From Octopus bimaculoides (lineage: Eukaryota), in NCBI RefSeq assembly GCF_001194135.2, contig NC_068987.1:80845893-80909892 (forward strand): a stretch of 64,000 nt of DNA, given 5' to 3'. Position 1 is the first letter of the stretch. Each line of letters starts with the position of its first letter. Made by a program: the position numbers and the translations under genes. A model generated the notes under the pieces. The model was given only the letters and a program-made list of their open reading frames with translations. It was not told where the DNA came from and ran no database searches. This document shows, one piece after another, positions 52,853-64,000 of this stretch.

Positions 52853-55678
52853 CTTTAGAATATATAGAATGTTGTTACAGAAAAGTATTTTCTAACCATG
52901 TAATTAATTAAAACAAAAATAAGAAACAAAAAGGATAATCTACAATGTTACTTCAAAAGAAATAAAGTTAGCAATTACTCCTATTGAAAACCATTCTCAT
53001 ATTATTATTATGTACAAACATCTAATCATACCAGAGCTTTCTAATACTAAAAAATCTAAAAAGAATGTGAGAAAAGTCACCAGTCACTAGTAGACCTTGC
53101 TGTCTAGAAGGTGACAGCAAACACAATATTAAATTTATAACAATCAGAAATGGTGTAAAAATGACTTTGAAATGTAAAATGTAACAATGATAGCTACAGA
53201 TCAAAGTAGGTGGTTTTTTTTCTTTTTTTGAAACAGGGCATTGTTTCTTATTCTTTCTAATATTCTCTATTGGTAAGATTCCACAAATAAAAATATAAAA
53301 ATACCTTCATTCTCTATAAATCTTACAAAATCTATTTACTTTTCACAGTCTACATTTATTCTATATACTTGTGTGTGTATGCATATGCATGTGTATGCAT
53401 ATGCATGTGTATGTGTGTGTATATACACACACATACACAATACTCATGCACAAACATATGTACATATGTATGTATGTATGTATGTATTTGCTCCTTTTTT
53501 TTTTTAATATTCTAAAAAGAATATAATCTTAAGATATAACTCTGTTTTATCAGATCTAAATGAAAAATGTTTGTGACAATCTTGGATAAATCTTAGCTTA
53601 TAAAATAAATAAAGAAAAATAAGCTTTCTTTTTTCTTTTCAGAAGAAAAAAAATGTATCTGCTTTGAAATAACATATTCATAATGCTTCACTGTATTTGA
53701 ATCAGGCTTGGCAATAAGATAACATCTTTGCAAAGAGCAGTGCCTCCAAGAATGTGAGACTTGTTTTTTTTTCTTTTTTTCTTTTCTATCAAGTAAAATA
53801 CAATATTTCAATCTCAAATAAATCCTGTCTCTCTATCTACAAGTCCAAGAGAAGATGACTTACTGAAGCAAAATATTTTCATCTTCAGAAGATGTTTGTT
53901 GTTTCTTTCTTCTCTTTTATTTATTCATTTATCTGTTTGTTTGTTTATTTATTTATTATCAGATTCAGAAAATGATATAGATAAAATCTCAACTAATCCA
54001 ATTACATCAAAACACAACTTTTATTCAGCTTCAGTTTCATTATGACCTACAGCAGTTGAAAGTGCATTGAAGTCTCCTGGGACTTAAGACTATGGCCATA
54101 TATTTTCCAGTATGACAGCACGACAATAAATAAACAAACAACAAGTCTCAAATTAACCTTGTGTGTTCAATGCTGCTAGTAATCAATAAACTTTGTCGAG
54201 TTACTTCAGGTAGAGTAAATATCATATAGTATTCAATATCAGAAAGCATAAAATTAGGGACACAGAGAGCAGAACGAGTTAATTTGAACTGGCAGTTTGC
54301 TTTCAGCAATGCAGCAGATAATATCTAATTGCAACATATCTGACTTAACAAATTGTTCAGACTAGATTAAAAGGGACATTATGTATTAACAGACACATTT
54401 TACTGAATGCAAAGTAGAATGAACACATAGAAATAACGCACAAGACCAAGCTAAGTATTATTCAAGTGCAGATATTCATGTCTCTTGATTATTCATAAAC
54501 CTGGTTAAACAATGAAACACCAAGCTAAATGATAAAGAATTCTGACCATTCCAAACACTAATTTCTGATTATATGTAACTAACTTGAAGACATTGTGAAT
54601 CACCATGAGTGTCTGGTTTTGACACAGTAACACCTTTCTGTTTATCTTCCTAAACAGAACAGGTCAGAATCAAAGTTATCGCTTCTGACTTCAACACTTC
54701 CAATTTTCCAAGCAGCAAATCCTCATTTTAGCAACATCAAATAATGATAGCATAGCCATTATCGCTAACATTGTATCGTAAATAGCTAAAATAATTTTCT
54801 CCTTGAAAACAAAGACATATTTCTGTTGGCAAAGAAAAAAACAACACAGCAAAACTGACAAATAAATAAAGACTACTACCAAATGAAAATAATCTGTCAT
54901 AGAAAACTTTATCATTTTTATCATCCAGCAACAAATATTTTCAAAAAGAAGAATGGTGGTGTGGCAAACATGATTTTTTTATTGTAGGACCTCCAAGCCA
55001 GCAAAAGGACAATAAAAACCATGATTCATGGGTTACTAAAGTAGAAACTGGCATATAAAGATATTGAGTTTTCTTTAGACCAGAGACTTAGTTTGAATAT
55101 TTACAACAGAGTATATTCTGCAAAATCCATCCAAATTATATTACAATGTAAATGTTTTTACATTTTTACTGTTGAGAATTAATAAGGAAGTAATTTTAGT
55201 TTCCTTTTTTTAATTCTAAACGTTAAACATTAATCCATATTTTTTTAACTAAGTCAAACGAGCAATTAATTTTTTGTTTTTTGTAAGTACTCTCCATTAC
55301 AGTAGATGCATAAGGGGCCTGACATCGTCCACCTTTTGTATTTTAGTTTTTTGAGCAGGTACATTGTGACCTGTGAGTCATAACAGGTAACAAAAATCAG
55401 ATTTGCAAACAGAAGAGATTGACATATGGCAAAAAATGATGCACGAAAATTTCCTGTCCAACCCATGTCAACACAGAGCACAATGAATGATAATTCAAAC
55501 AGCAGAATAGATGTTATACCATGAGGAAGAAAAGAAACCAAATATTTCAGGCAGAAGCCTTCGCCATTAAAAAAGAAATGTCAAATGGTGTTGAAGGATA
55601 AATAAACAGGGATTAGCAAGAGCGAAGAGGTAAATGACAAGGACATAGCAAAAAGATATATAAACAGAGTATATATGC

Positions 55679-55719
<41 letters not shown>

Positions 55720-55729
55720 NNNNNNNNNN

Positions 55730-55784
<55 letters not shown>

Positions 55785-57594
55785 ATGAGAGAGAATGAGA
55801 GAGAGAAATAATGAAATGCACAGACATAGACACAAATAAATACAGAAATAAAAGTTAGTTCAAAAATTCTGAGTTTTCTTACAGGTAGAGATTACCAAAT
55901 CTTTACAAATTTCATATTGCACTAATCAAATTAAATCCCATCACAATGACAGAAGCAATTTATAAATGATACAAGTTTCTCATACGAACATACACAATAA
56001 TCTTAGACAATTAATCACAGCTTTCTGTCTATCATTAGGAAAGAGACTATACCAACCTAATTAGGCAAAAAGAAAAGTCTTAAATTACTGTTGCCATTTT
56101 CATAACATTTATTTAACAATTCTTTTCTTTGGCACATTCCATTTTCATCTTTAGTTACCATTTACTCTGACCAATATTTGAAGATGGAGATGAATCAAAA
56201 GTATTCTTGATTCCGAATACATCATACATACTATGGCAGTAAGTCCGTCCATTCACTCATTCCTGTACAATATTAAATTATAGAGAAAAATATCTAATCA
56301 GTTGTGCTTTTATCTGTTTGTTTGTTCTTTAGCAATATCTCTCTAATTTTTTATAAGAAGTTTTTTTCCACAACAATAAATTAGAGAAAACAAATGGAGA
56401 AAACAGACTAATTTTGGATATTTTCCGTTTCTAGAAACCTAGACAACATTCAGCTAACATAATTTTTTTTCTCTTCCCCAGAAGATAATGTTTAATTGAT
56501 CAAAAATATCTGCTTTCCTGACAAATATCAAAATATATCTAACAAGTAACAGTTGCTTACACAGACAACTAATAAATAAATGAAATTAACATTCATTGAG
56601 AAGACTACAGAAGATATAAATATTACAAATGTAATATTTGAAAATGTAGCTAAAGCAAATTCACTTGACATCTATGGTGATAAAATGAAGCAGCTAGAAA
56701 TATAATCACATATGGTCAGAAACAGGCATACAACTATGAAAAACCACACATGGCCATAATCTATATTTTACCGAGAAACACCTAACTTATGGTACAATCG
56801 GAACAATATGATAACAGTTGGAAAGCATACCTATAAATAACCAGGTAAATAATGGCTTAGGGCCAAAACAGAAAGAGATGTAACGACTATATTTTTCTTT
56901 AATTAACAGACATTGTGTGCAAATTTCATTTCCTCATAACACTTCCAATAGAGCAAAACATTCAATATATTTATTTTTATTCCCACTTTGTGTTAAATTA
57001 AGAATCTATTCGTATGAAGAACATGATGTTTTATACATTGAAAATACTTTAAATATCTATGTGGTCTTTACTTCCAAACAAATAAAATAACATTTCAAAT
57101 AAAACGTAATATAAATTCAAAGGAGTGGAAATTTAACAGAGCAATTTATATGGAAAGAATAAAAAGGCAGTTGAATAGCAGAATTATTGGAGTATCAAAC
57201 AATTGCCTTGTGGTATTATTCCGGCTCTTTTGTGTTCTGAGTTCATATTCTGGCCAAGGTCAACTTTGCCTTTCATCTTTCTGGGGTTGATGAAATAAAG
57301 TATTTGCATAGAAGTTGATTAATCTCTCTCTCTCTTTCTCTCTGCTGTACTGTATGAATGAAATAAGGGACCATTCAAAAAACCCCTGTAAAGCAACCAC
57401 TTCCACTTTATCACACTGGAAGAACATGATTACCAAAGCTTTGACAGAAGGTTCAGTTCCATTGTGCTGCACCATGGCCAAGAGTCTTCTACTACAGCCT
57501 GGGCAAACCAACGCCTTGTGAGTGAATTTGGCAGGTTCATTGTGAATGTATGTTTGTGTGTGTGTGTGTGTGTGTGTATTACAACAAAATTTTA

Positions 57595-58150
57595 TATAGA
57601 GTCCTCTAAGGTTTTGCACCCACAAAGCCGAGCCTTGTGGACAGCTCATCAGACTCTATAAGAATACAAAATTTTAAAATATCTATGTCGCAGATGTGAG
57701 GAAATACTCAGAACTCAAGGAATACAAAAAAACGTTAACGAGTATGGGTTATTTCCCCTTAATCTGAGGAGGAAAATCTTGATAGACTCAGAGAGGCCTA
57801 ATGAGCAAATGGGGAGATCCAGTTTTCTAGTAAGTAGTGCTTGAAGTGGATATACTTAGAAAACACTTCTTTACTGCTGTTTAATGTGCCAGGCTTCTTA
57901 TAGTCTTTAAGAATTTTGGTTCTCTCCATGATGCAGATTTTGCAACAGCCACTTTCATTAATATACGGGCCTGGATAATCAATTAATTTCCACCTGACAT
58001 CACACAAGGTCCCTTGATCTTTGAGATGCCACACATATATATATACATGGTAAATGCTTTTATTTTTCATTACCTTCAAAATTGCTCTTAACTGTGGTTT
58101 GGACTTTTTGACTGTTCTTTCTAGTATGTTAGGCAACCTGTTAAGGCTCA
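57595..58150 (-). mobile_element. Penelope-like element 3' part: GIY-YIG endonuclease C-terminus relic plus pLTR with degenerate hammerhead
   Basis: ORF 57798..58151(-) reads YVWHLKDQGTLCDVRWKLIDYPGPYINESGCCKICIMERTKIL...TLNSSKEVFSKYIHFKHYLL, matching the Penelope YIW.LK...I.WKI....Y....C.LC..EK..I...LNSRNE..SKCRH pattern. A CTGATGA motif follows downstream at 57652-57646. Confidence 0.8.
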
Positions 58151-58897
58151 CCTCTTTGTACTTAAATGTACACTAATTTATATATATATATATATAGATA
58201 GATAGATAGATAGACAGACGGACGGACGGATGGACAGGCAGACAGACAGATAGATATGTCAGTGTCTTTGTGTCTGTGTTTGTACCCCACACTGCTTGAC
58301 AACCTGTGTTGGTTTGTTTATGTAACTTAACAGTTTGGCTAAAAAACAACCAATAAGTACCAAAGATGAAAAAAATAGGTACTGGGGTCATTTTGTTCAA
58401 CTAAAACCCTTCCAGGCAGTGCACCAGCATGGCCACAGTCCAATGAATGAAACAAATAAAAGATAAATGATCCAAATTTGAAATTTTGGGGGGTTTTTAA
58501 GCAAATGGTGCATAAGTGGATGTTTTATTTACCTTGAACTGTCTAACCACAAGATAAAGGAATTACACATTTTTCAGCTAGAGAGATCAAATAAATAATG
58601 AACATTTGTCTGACAACAAAGTGCAATATACCTGTGGAGGTAACATAAACCAAAACCTATGCATTTTGTAATAAGTATACTTCTGCTAAAAGCAATTCAT
58701 GAAGCAGAACATAGGCTGTATCCTTTCTTTTCTACTATAGGCACAAGGCCTGAAATTTTGGGGGAGGGGGATAGTCGATTACATAGACCCCAGTGTTTCA
58801 CTGGTACTTAATTCACTGACTCTGAAAGGATGAAAGGCAAAGTCAACCTTGCTGTAATCTGAACTCAGAATGTAAAGCCAGATGAAATACTGCTAAG

Positions 58898-59305
58898 ACG
58901 TAGGAGTGGCTGTGTGGTAAGTAGCTTGCTTACCAACCACATGGTTCCGGGTTCAGTCCCACAGCGTGGCACCTTGGGCAAGTGTCTTCTGCTATAGCCT
59001 CGGGCTGACCAAAGCCTTGTGAGTGGATTTGGTAGACGGAAACTGAAAGAAGCCCGTTGTGTATATGTATATATATGTGTGTGTCTGTATATATCTTTGT
59101 GTGTCTGTGTTTGTCCCCCAACATCGCTTGACAACCGATGTTGGTGTGTTTACGTCCCCGTAACTTAACGGTTCGGCAAAAGATATCGATACAATAAGTA
59201 CTAGGCTTATAAAGAATAAGTCCTGGAGTCGAATTGCTCGACTAAAAGGCGGTGCTCCAGCATGGCCACAGTCAAATGACTGAAACAAGTAAAAGAGTAA
59301 AAAGA
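58898..59305 (+). mobile_element. Full-length family A SINE inserted into a family B SINE (minus; 58730-58897 and 59306-59350)
   Basis: Family B sequence gatgaaatactgctaag|catttcgcccgg is split by the insert. Short TSD taag at 58894-58897 and 59306-59309. Tail is (aaaagagt)n. Confidence 0.85.
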
Positions 59306-60059
59306 GTAAGCATTTCGCCCGGCATGCTAACGATTCTGCCAGCTCGCTGCCTTGCATGGGCTGTATCTTTATGTAAAGGACACTTCTTAACATCTTTTAT
59401 TAATGTTCTGTGTGCATAGGTTGGATGGGTGTTGTAGTGTCTTGCCACCCACCATGACCCTTCATCGTCTTGTACATATAGCAGAAGAGAAGAATCAATC
59501 ATAATTTTCTGTATGCCATATTTTATTTTATTAAATATTTAAGACAGATTGATGCCTGTCTTGTCAAAATCACTCTACATTGTGCATTTGGTGCATTTCA
59601 TCGAGCAATGGATACCATTGAAGAGGTCAGTAGCACAGCTAAAGAGTCCTGCCTACCATACACCAGTGTTCACATTTACTGTTACCCTGATCAGGTTGCT
59701 TGTGCTAAGGCTTGAAGATACTTCGTCCCTTTTGTTTATCCCATTTTAAATGGTGGTGGTGATAGGGGAACGTTTTTTTTTTTTCGTTTTTTTATAGCTA
59801 AATATTCATTCTATTATCAAATACTTTAGAGCATGAACTCGGATTGGATACCCTGCAAGTTCATAATTAACCCTTTAGCATTTAAACCAGTTATATCTTG
59901 CCCAAATATTCTACTTATTTTTATGTTCAAACTGGTCAGATCAGGCTTCTCAGACCTACTCTATAATGTCATTCTAGAAATAAACAACCAAAATTTTAAG
60001 CATTACATTTGGCAGAATAATCTGAATGCTAAAGAGTGAAAAATCATCCTAGACTCTAA

Positions 60060-60960
60060 TCTCCAAATCTCTTTTTAGTAATAATAAAAGGTTATTTTCT
60101 TAGGATATCAATCTTCATATTTTATGGTAGCATAATATAAAGTTACTTGTTTAAGTGATTTTTTGCTGAAATGTTACTTAGACTTGAGTGATTGTCACCA
60201 TCCAATGAAATCAAACGACAGCTGGCTTCGCAGAATGATTATCCTGCACAGGCAATCAACTGTTTTCCTGATTTAATTATTCACAATTAATTTCCTCTAT
60301 TTCTTCATAAGAATTAATATCTACCAGTCAAGTTGTTAACTTATAGTTACAATACATTTCCTCAAGCCTTCTACTCTTTCAAAAAGGAACTTGTAATAAT
60401 CAAGCTATCTCTTATCCGATGACAAAGCATTCAGAAAATTGCTCAGTAAATTCATTGAGTAAACTTATCCAATAAACTGTTGTAAATAACCTATGGTTGT
60501 TTCACCCATCTCAAAATGCTGTTCAATTTCAGTCTCTTCAGCACTTATCATTGATACATATCCTCCTTTAAACCAGCTTACAACATTTTCTTTCAATAGC
60601 ATTTTGTACTGAATATCACTGTTCAACTTTCTCTATTCTCCTTTAATGGATTCTGTTGTCTATGATTTCCTGAAGAACCCATTTACATCCACAATAGATT
60701 TGAAGATAATAATGAATGCCAACTCACTTAAAACCAGTTAAACATAGCTCTGTCCTTGGTAGATACCTAAACAGGTCAGAGACCAAGCTTCTCTCTTTAA
60801 ATGTGATAGATCAATATTAAAATGATACAAGAAAACCAAAATCATGCCATTTAACAGAATAACAATCAGACTGGTAATTACTTCTAACATCGTCAAGTTG
60901 GGAAGGATAATTTTATTTCCTAAGAACAGCAGATTCAAAGTATGATTATATGTTGTTCAG
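60060..60960 (-). pseudogene. Possible ancient DNA-transposon (hAT-like) coding relic
   Basis: Purine-rich minus strand with long frames interrupted by stops (...IFKSIVDVNGFFRKS*...QYKMLLKENVVSWFKGGYVSMISAEETEIEQHFEMGETTIGYLQQF...). Only vague similarity. Confidence 0.25.
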
Positions 60961-61390
60961 AAAGAAATCTGAATGGCAGACAAGATGGCATCATCAATTG
61001 TACACCTGCAGCATTAAGCACAGTGAGAGAATTAACTAAAGACTACGATAGAGTGTGAGGTGAGTAGCTTTATTGAAGCTGATCCTTGCTATCAGCCAAT
61101 TAGATAACCATTCCTACTTTATTTTTAATACCATTATTATAAATAAAGTATTGAAGTAATAAATTATTGACAGGAAAGGATCAAGAATGAAATATTTTTC
61201 AATCTCATTAAAAGGTTTGTGTTTTACACACTTTTGAATTTTCTATTCAAATTAGATTTAAAAAATATCTCACTAGCAAAAAAGAATGTCAAAATCAATT
61301 TAAGGAAAGAAAAGAAATATATATAATACACAAACACAGATATATATNNNNNNNNNNNNNNNNNNNNNNNNNNNNNNNNNNNNNNNNNNN

Positions 61391-61421
<31 letters not shown>

Positions 61422-62983
61422 GCATGTATGTATGTATGTATACACACACACAGAGAAAGAGAGGAGTGAGAGAGAGCGAGAATCAAACATGAAATAATTA
61501 ATATTCATCGGAGATTTGTGAAAATGGAAAATAATATTAAATTAAGAATGCAAGTATAATGAAACCTTTCAGGAGCATGTAATAAGACAGAACACCTGCT
61601 GGTGGGACACGATAGTTCATTAAATAAAGTTATAGAAGCAATTCAGTACAATCCATATTGTAATGATTAAAATGTCTGAAACATAAAGTTGTAAAATATA
61701 TAAACCTTTCATTGCACTGTCTCCACACAAATCCATGCATCAATGGCCATAATTAACCCCTGCATCCACAGAGCCTTCAAGAGCATGGAACGAAGATTGC
61801 ACTGACTGCTTTAATCATTATTAAATGTATATGACTTTATTCAAAACCTATGTTATGTTTGTACTCTTGTAATTAAGACCAGAAAGGAAAATTTGAACAT
61901 CATCATCATCATATTTAAGGTCATCATCCAACTTGTGCAGGACTAAGTTGGATGACACTTGTTGAAACAGTGTTTTACAGCTGGATGCTCTCACTGTCAC
62001 CAAACCTGACTTGTTTCCAATTAAGGCACTTATGCTTTCAGTTTTTCAACAGACTGCTCAACAGCTAGACATTTTTTTTTTTGTTTTATAGATGTAAATA
62101 ATTCTTTCTATTTTTGGAACAAAGTCAATTACAACAGCCCCAGTTCTGAACTAATTCTTATTTCATTGACCTTCAAATACCGAAAGGTAAAGTTGACCAT
62201 ACCAGCATTTGAACTCAGAATACAAAGTGCCAGAAGAAATGTTGCTAAGCTCTAATAACTCTGTCAGCTTGCCAACTTGACAGCAAATATAAATAATGGC
62301 ACCATTTATCATAAACAATGTCAAAACACAAACACACACACACACACACACACGTGGATACTCTGTGATTATCTTTCACCATCTTAGAAAAGAGTGGCAA
62401 CCGAAACTTAATGAGTCATTTCTACAATGAAACTCGTTAATTTGATTCACATTTGAAGCTGCAAAAAGCAATGCAATCTAATCATGGATCTAATCAAACA
62501 CTGAAACAAAAGAAATGGAGATGATTATCATGTGTACATCATCATCATCATCATCATCCTCATCATTTTAATGCCCATATTTCTCACAATTGCATGGGCT
62601 GCACAAAGTTTGTTCAAGCAGAAAGGTACCCTTTTTGTCACCAACTCTTACCAGTTTCCATGCAAGGTAATATTTCCTTATGGCCAGACAGGTTTATGCA
62701 GAGCAGTGGAAATGAAGGATTCTGGTTGTATAACAGTAACATTCATTTACAACCATCCTTCAACAATGTCAAGACAAAGACACACACACACACACACAAT
62801 GGGCTTCTTTTATTTTCCATCGAATAAATCCACTCACAAGGCTTTGGTCTTCTACAATAGGAGACAATTGTCCAAAGTGTCACACAAGACTGAGCCTAGA
62901 ACCATAAAATCGGGAAGCAAGTTTCTGAACCACGCAACTAAGCAAGTGCCTTTACACACACACACACACACATACATATTTAT

Positions 62984-63089
<106 letters not shown>

Positions 63090-64000
63090 CAATGTATACC
63101 ACTGATTACCAACACACTAATAATAATTTTCTAAAATTTCACTTGAAACTGAAATTATTTTGGCAATGACAAGGCATAAGGATATTTTTCTAAGGAGGAA
63201 ATATATTTAACAAAAACCCAATTTGTTACTTATTTTACCAACCCTGGCCAAAGTCAACCATAGTAAAAATTGAATTCAATTTAGTATCATGCTGAACTGA
63301 GGAAGATAATACATTATATTCCTAATGTTTCAACCAACTTAATTAGCCTTCTTAATTTTTTTAGTTGGAAATTTTCCCAACTACATCTAAGTATATAAAT
63401 GTGTCTCTATCTTGCATTCTAATCCTCTTTACAATGACCTAGATAAGTTAAGCAGTTGTTTATTTCTTTTTTCTTTCTTTTTTTTCTTTTCTTTTTTTTT
63501 TCAAATATATAACCACAGATGTTTCTCTGACTGAAATATCTGATCTCCCAACATATTTTCTTAACCTTTTCAATAACAACCTACCTAAGACCACCTCTGG
63601 CTCTATGACACAAATACTTCAATTACATGCAAGAACCTTTTGTTATGTTCCAAACACCATCTTAATAAGGAATAAACCAGTTGTTGTCTCATCAAATCTC
63701 TTGAAAATTTTGATTATTTTCAAAATTAATTAGAATACAAGGAGAGTGTATTTCATTAGACATATGTAATAAGTGATTTTAAAAATTATTCGTAAATCTC
63801 TTCTCAACTGTAGGAGGCATCCTCAACAATGCAGCATTAAGTAGTTCTAACTAATCTATCGCTGCTTGTTATTAAAATATTAATAGAATAAGCATTGAAA
63901 TGATTGCCAATTTTTCGAATCTCTGAAAAGACACAATAATGAAAAAAAAAAAAAAATTCCTCTTAAGTATCAGATCTAAATATTGTTACTACTTAGGTTT

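Noticed and set aside
53370-53470. Alternating purine-pyrimidine palindromic tract (Z-DNA or hairpin potential)
   Set aside because: Such TG/CA/TA mosaics are common throughout this window and are not distinctive.

Overview
AT-rich eukaryotic DNA, almost entirely non-coding and saturated with repeats. The repeat repertoire resembles what I recall of Octopus (inference): tRNA-headed SINEs, RTE LINE 3' ends with (GAT)n tails, Penelope-like ends, Tc1/mariner relics, TA-, TTAA- and hAT-type MITEs, and (AT)n/(GT)n/(GA)n microsatellites next to assembly gaps. I found one convincing protein-coding feature, a 142-nt internal exon on the minus strand (21038-20897) with canonical AG/GT sites. It encodes RVVTTDEIASIKEKLYVKDQNETVLLECLEILSKKIPSRKIIIESKI(G), which matches the TFIIS-N domain exon of TCEANC2. 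I could not find the neighbouring exons, so most of the window is probably very long intron. Nearly all ORFs in the supplied track are translations of SINEs or microsatellites. I see no clearly new multi-gene system. The best second-look items are four hammerhead-ribozyme-like motifs at Penelope-like ends, inverted retroelement pairs bracketing the exon, two insertions of one SINE family at the same site of another, and a near-perfect 103-bp hairpin. Repeat boundaries were read by eye and are approximate unless a TSD or TIR is quoted. Family labels A-D are my own working names.
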